Part shown: piece by piece, positions 61,229-64,000 of the stretch | Layout: every line of letters begins with the position of its first letter | How positions within the stretch are numbered: the stretch's first letter is position 1 | Origin: an uncultured delta proteobacterium | GTDB lineage: Bacteria; Myxococcota_A; Polyangia; Polyangiales; JAFGIB01 | DNA length: 64,000 bases | Assembly: GCA_963778655.1 (NCBI GenBank) | Contig: CAVZVA010000010.1 | Coordinates: forward strand, 1,504,001-1,568,000 | Direction of reading: 5' to 3' | Notes under the pieces: generated by a model | Told to the model about the DNA's origin: nothing | Seen by the model: only the letters and a program-made list of their open reading frames with translations | The model's database searches: none | Made by a program: the position numbers and the translations under genes

Positions 61229-62146
61229 ATGCATATCCCGTACACCGAGCCCGCCTCCATCCCAGGTCGGCCGGGGGCGCTTGCCGTGTCGGTCTATCTT
61301 GCGGCCGTGGCGGCCCTGGTCGTGCGCATCGCCTGGCTGGACGACTGGGGCGTCGGGGCCTGGGCCGTGCTGCTGTTGTTCGCGGCCACCGTGAGCCCGG
61401 ATCGCGTGGCGGCGCCCAGCACGCGCGGGCTGGCGCTGGGCGTGATCTTCTTCTTCGTGCTGAGCATGGCGGTCGCCTACCTGCCCGACCTGTGGTTCTC
61501 CATCGCCTACCGGCTCAACCACGCCGAGCACTACCTGTTGAACGTCAACGCCGCGATGCGCGCGCTGCCCGGTAACGACGGGCGCTTCCTGTGGAGCCAC
61601 CGCGTGGAGCCGGTCTCGCGTGCGATGGGGTTCATCTACGAGACCGGCTTCGACATGGTGGTCTGGATTCCAGTGGTACGGGCGCTGCTCGCGTTCGACC
61701 CGGGCAAGATGGCGCGCTACGCGCTCGCCGCGCACCTGATCCAGTTCCCGCTGATCATGCCGTTCTACACCGCGATCCGCGCCGACGAGGTGTGGTCCGT
61801 GCTTGGCGACCCGGACCGGCTGGGGCGCGGGTGGAGCGACGAGGTGCGGCTCGACCTGGGCGCGAACTGCTTCCCCAGCATGCACACCTCGGTCGCCTTC
61901 GCGATCCTGCTGCTCGGGTTGCGGGAAAGGAGCGTGGTGTTCAGGCGCGCGATGGTGGTGTACGCCACCAGCATCATCGTCAGCACCGTATACATGGAGA
62001 TCCACTGGCTGGTGGACGTGGCCGGCGGCCTCGCGCTGGGGGCCGGCTCGGTCAAGCTGGTCGACTGGCTGCTGGCGCGGCTCGGACGAGGCGCGCGCGC
62101 CGAGGCTCCGGCGTCGCTGGCGGCACCCACCGGGGAAACGGTCTGA
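61229..62146 (+). CDS. PAP2-superfamily membrane phosphoesterase (PAP2_3 / Aur1-like)
   Basis: NCFPSMH and STVYMEIHWLVDVAGG motifs; multiple TM. Confidence 0.85.
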   Translation: MHIPYTEPASIPGRPGALAVSVYLAAVAALVVRIAWLDDWGVGAWAVLLLFAATVSPDRVAAPSTRGLALGVIFFFVLSMAVAYLPDLWFSIAYRLNHAEHYLLNVNAAMRALPGNDGRFLWSHRVEPVSRAMGFIYETGFDMVVWIPVVRALLAFDPGKMARYALAAHLIQFPLIMPFYTAIRADEVWSVLGDPDRLGRGWSDEVRLDLGANCFPSMHTSVAFAILLLGLRERSVVFRRAMVVYATSIIVSTVYMEIHWLVDVAGGLALGAGSVKLVDWLLARLGRGARAEAPASLAAPTGETV

Positions 62147-62298
62147 GTCGGCCAACTGGAACGCTCGGGACTGTCCACAGACCGCGCAATTCCAGGCATA
62201 CCCCCAATGTGGTGCAACAACGATTGGGGCATGCAGGTGTACCCTTGCTGCGCTACCGTGAGCTGGGTTGGGTGTCGTCAGGGACGGAGGGCAGCGCG

Positions 62299-63606
62299 AT
62301 GTCGATTCTTAGGTCGTGGGCGAATCAGGGGCTGTGCGCGGCTTGTCTCGGGTTGCTGGTGGCCTGCGGCTCGAGCAGCGACAACAGCAGCGGCAGGCCG
62401 ACCGGCGCCGGCCTGGGCGGCGGGACCGCAACGTCGGCGCCCGCTGGCGGGCTGGGGACAGGCACCGCGGGCAGCTCGGGTTTTGGCAATGCGGCAAACC
62501 CGGGTGGAACCGGCACCACGGGCGGCGCAGTCCCTCCGGGGACGGGCGGTATAGGGATGGAGTGCGCCAGCGCGCTGGTCCACACCTCGCACACCATGCC
62601 GACCATCGAGTTCGTGATCGACGGCTCGGGCAGCATGTGCGCCGATTTCGGCGGCAGCACGCGCTGGCAGGCGCTGCGCACCGCGCTGCTCGACCCCAAC
62701 ATGGGCCTGATCTACCGGCTGCAGAACTCAGTCACGTTCGGTGCGGTGCTCTACGACGGCACCATCGACCTCACGGCCGCGCTGCTCGGCGGCGGCATGA
62801 TGAGCGCCGCGGGCAACCCGGCGTGCGCGGGCATGTACGTCCAGAACAAGATGATGAGCAACGGCAACGATTGCCCGCAGCTGATCGAGGTGCAGCCCGC
62901 GCTCAACAACGCGCCTGCGATCGACATGGCGTTCCCGATGACCGAGCTGGGCGGCTCCACTCCGACCGACAAGGCGATGAGCCACGTCGCGGACGAGCTG
63001 CTCGCCACCCGCCAGCCGCTCGGACCCGACCAGAAGCCCCTGAATCCGCTGTACGTGATCCTGGCCACTGACGGCGCGCCCAACGACATCTGCGTCGGCG
63101 GCATGGGCGGCGACGGCACGGCGCAGCAGCAGGGCGTGGTCGATGCGGTCGATCGCCTGCAGGCCGCGGGCATCACCACCTGGGTGATCAGCCTGGCCGA
63201 CGACCCCATGCTGCAGCAGCACCTCGACAACGTGGCGCACCACGGCGATCCGGCCAACCCGATGGCCCACACCTTCACCCCCACCAACCCCGACGAGCTG
63301 GTCAACACCCTGGCCAACCTGCTGGGCGGCGCAGTGGGTTGCAACATCGCGCTCAACGGCACGGTCAAGACCGGCCAGGAGTGCACGGGCAAGGTCGAGC
63401 TCAACGGCAATAAGCTGCCCTGCTGCCAGCAGGACGGCAGCGGCAACTACACCTGCGACGGCGTGCCGGCCCCGATGCCGAACGGCTGGCACCTGGTCGA
63501 CCCGATGTCGATCGAGCTGCTCGGCGACACCTGCGCCAACTTCTTGATCGCCGGCGACGACATGCTGCACGCGTCGTTCCCCTGCAGCGTGTTCACCCCG
63601 AGCTGA
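62299..63606 (+). CDS. VWA-domain lipoprotein (myxobacterial type)
   Basis: GGAGG RBS; LLVAC; FVIDGSGSM; TRW; GSTPT; LATDGAPN; NGW...IELLG..C. Confidence 0.88.
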   Translation: MSILRSWANQGLCAACLGLLVACGSSSDNSSGRPTGAGLGGGTATSAPAGGLGTGTAGSSGFGNAANPGGTGTTGGAVPPGTGGIGMECASALVHTSHTMPTIEFVIDGSGSMCADFGGSTRWQALRTALLDPNMGLIYRLQNSVTFGAVLYDGTIDLTAALLGGGMMSAAGNPACAGMYVQNKMMSNGNDCPQLIEVQPALNNAPAIDMAFPMTELGGSTPTDKAMSHVADELLATRQPLGPDQKPLNPLYVILATDGAPNDICVGGMGGDGTAQQQGVVDAVDRLQAAGITTWVISLADDPMLQQHLDNVAHHGDPANPMAHTFTPTNPDELVNTLANLLGGAVGCNIALNGTVKTGQECTGKVELNGNKLPCCQQDGSGNYTCDGVPAPMPNGWHLVDPMSIELLGDTCANFLIAGDDMLHASFPCSVFTPS

Positions 63607-63689
63607 GCGCGATCGGCGCGTCCCCGCGCTTTGAAAATCCGGCGCTCTTGGCCTAGGTTGCTCCGCGTACGCAGCAGGGAGCCAACGGC

Positions 63690-64000
63690 ATGACTGAGAG
63701 CGAGCCAGGACGGGTGCGGACCGAGCGCGGCGTGGTGTTCGGCCGCGGGGGCGGCCGCGAGCTGCGTTGCGACCTGTTCCATCCCCCGCAGCCGGAACGC
63801 GCCCGGCCCGCGGTGCTGCTGCTGCACGGCGGCGCGTGGTCGCAGGGCGAGCGCGGACAGATGCGCGGCTACGGCATCGCGCTCGGCCGCCGCGGCTATC
63901 TGTGCGCCGCGGCCGAATACCGCCTCAGCGGCGAGGCCAAGTGGCCGGCGCAGCTCCACGACGTCAAGGCCGCGTTGCGCTTTCTGCGCGCGCGCAGCGC
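63690..64000 (+). CDS. Alpha/beta hydrolase (esterase), runs off the window
   Basis: GGAG RBS; LRCDLF.P; LLLHGGAW; YRLS; WPAQLHDVKAALRFLR. Confidence 0.88.
   Translation, partial: MTESEPGRVRTERGVVFGRGGGRELRCDLFHPPQPERARPAVLLLHGGAWSQGERGQMRGYGIALGRRGYLCAAAEYRLSGEAKWPAQLHDVKAALRFLRARS

Noticed and set aside
59087..62155. 1022-aa minus-strand ORF
   Set aside because: The N-terminal part is antisense to the PAP2 gene; plausible start is 61015.
40288..62229. CCCCAA...TTGGGG inverted pairs upstream of two lipoprotein genes (40288-40317, 62202-62229)
   Set aside because: Spacers differ (18 vs 16 nt) and there are only two instances; insufficient for a shared operator.

Overview
Very GC-rich bacterial DNA with a myxobacterial (Polyangiales-like) gene inventory: many Gly/Ser/Pro-rich lipoproteins, VWA proteins, Ser/Thr kinases, a PEGA protein and c-type cytochromes. 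About 50 CDSs are supported. No rRNA, tRNA or CRISPR array was seen. Best candidate for an undescribed system: a 9-gene envelope redox cluster (18556-26691) combining DUF4266, a DUF3570 barrel, a DUF2271 protein with a putative flavinylation motif, a second barrel and four heme-c-motif proteins, with neither ApbE nor TlpA in the window. Non-coding structure includes a 193-bp MITE inserted in frame into a cytochrome signal peptide, a second MITE (TTA duplication) sharing an internal motif, a three-copy palindromic repeat, a REP-like cluster and three sigma-54 promoter matches. Five single-base frameshifts, mostly in homopolymers, point to long-read indel errors. Product calls come from motif recognition by eye, not database searches.
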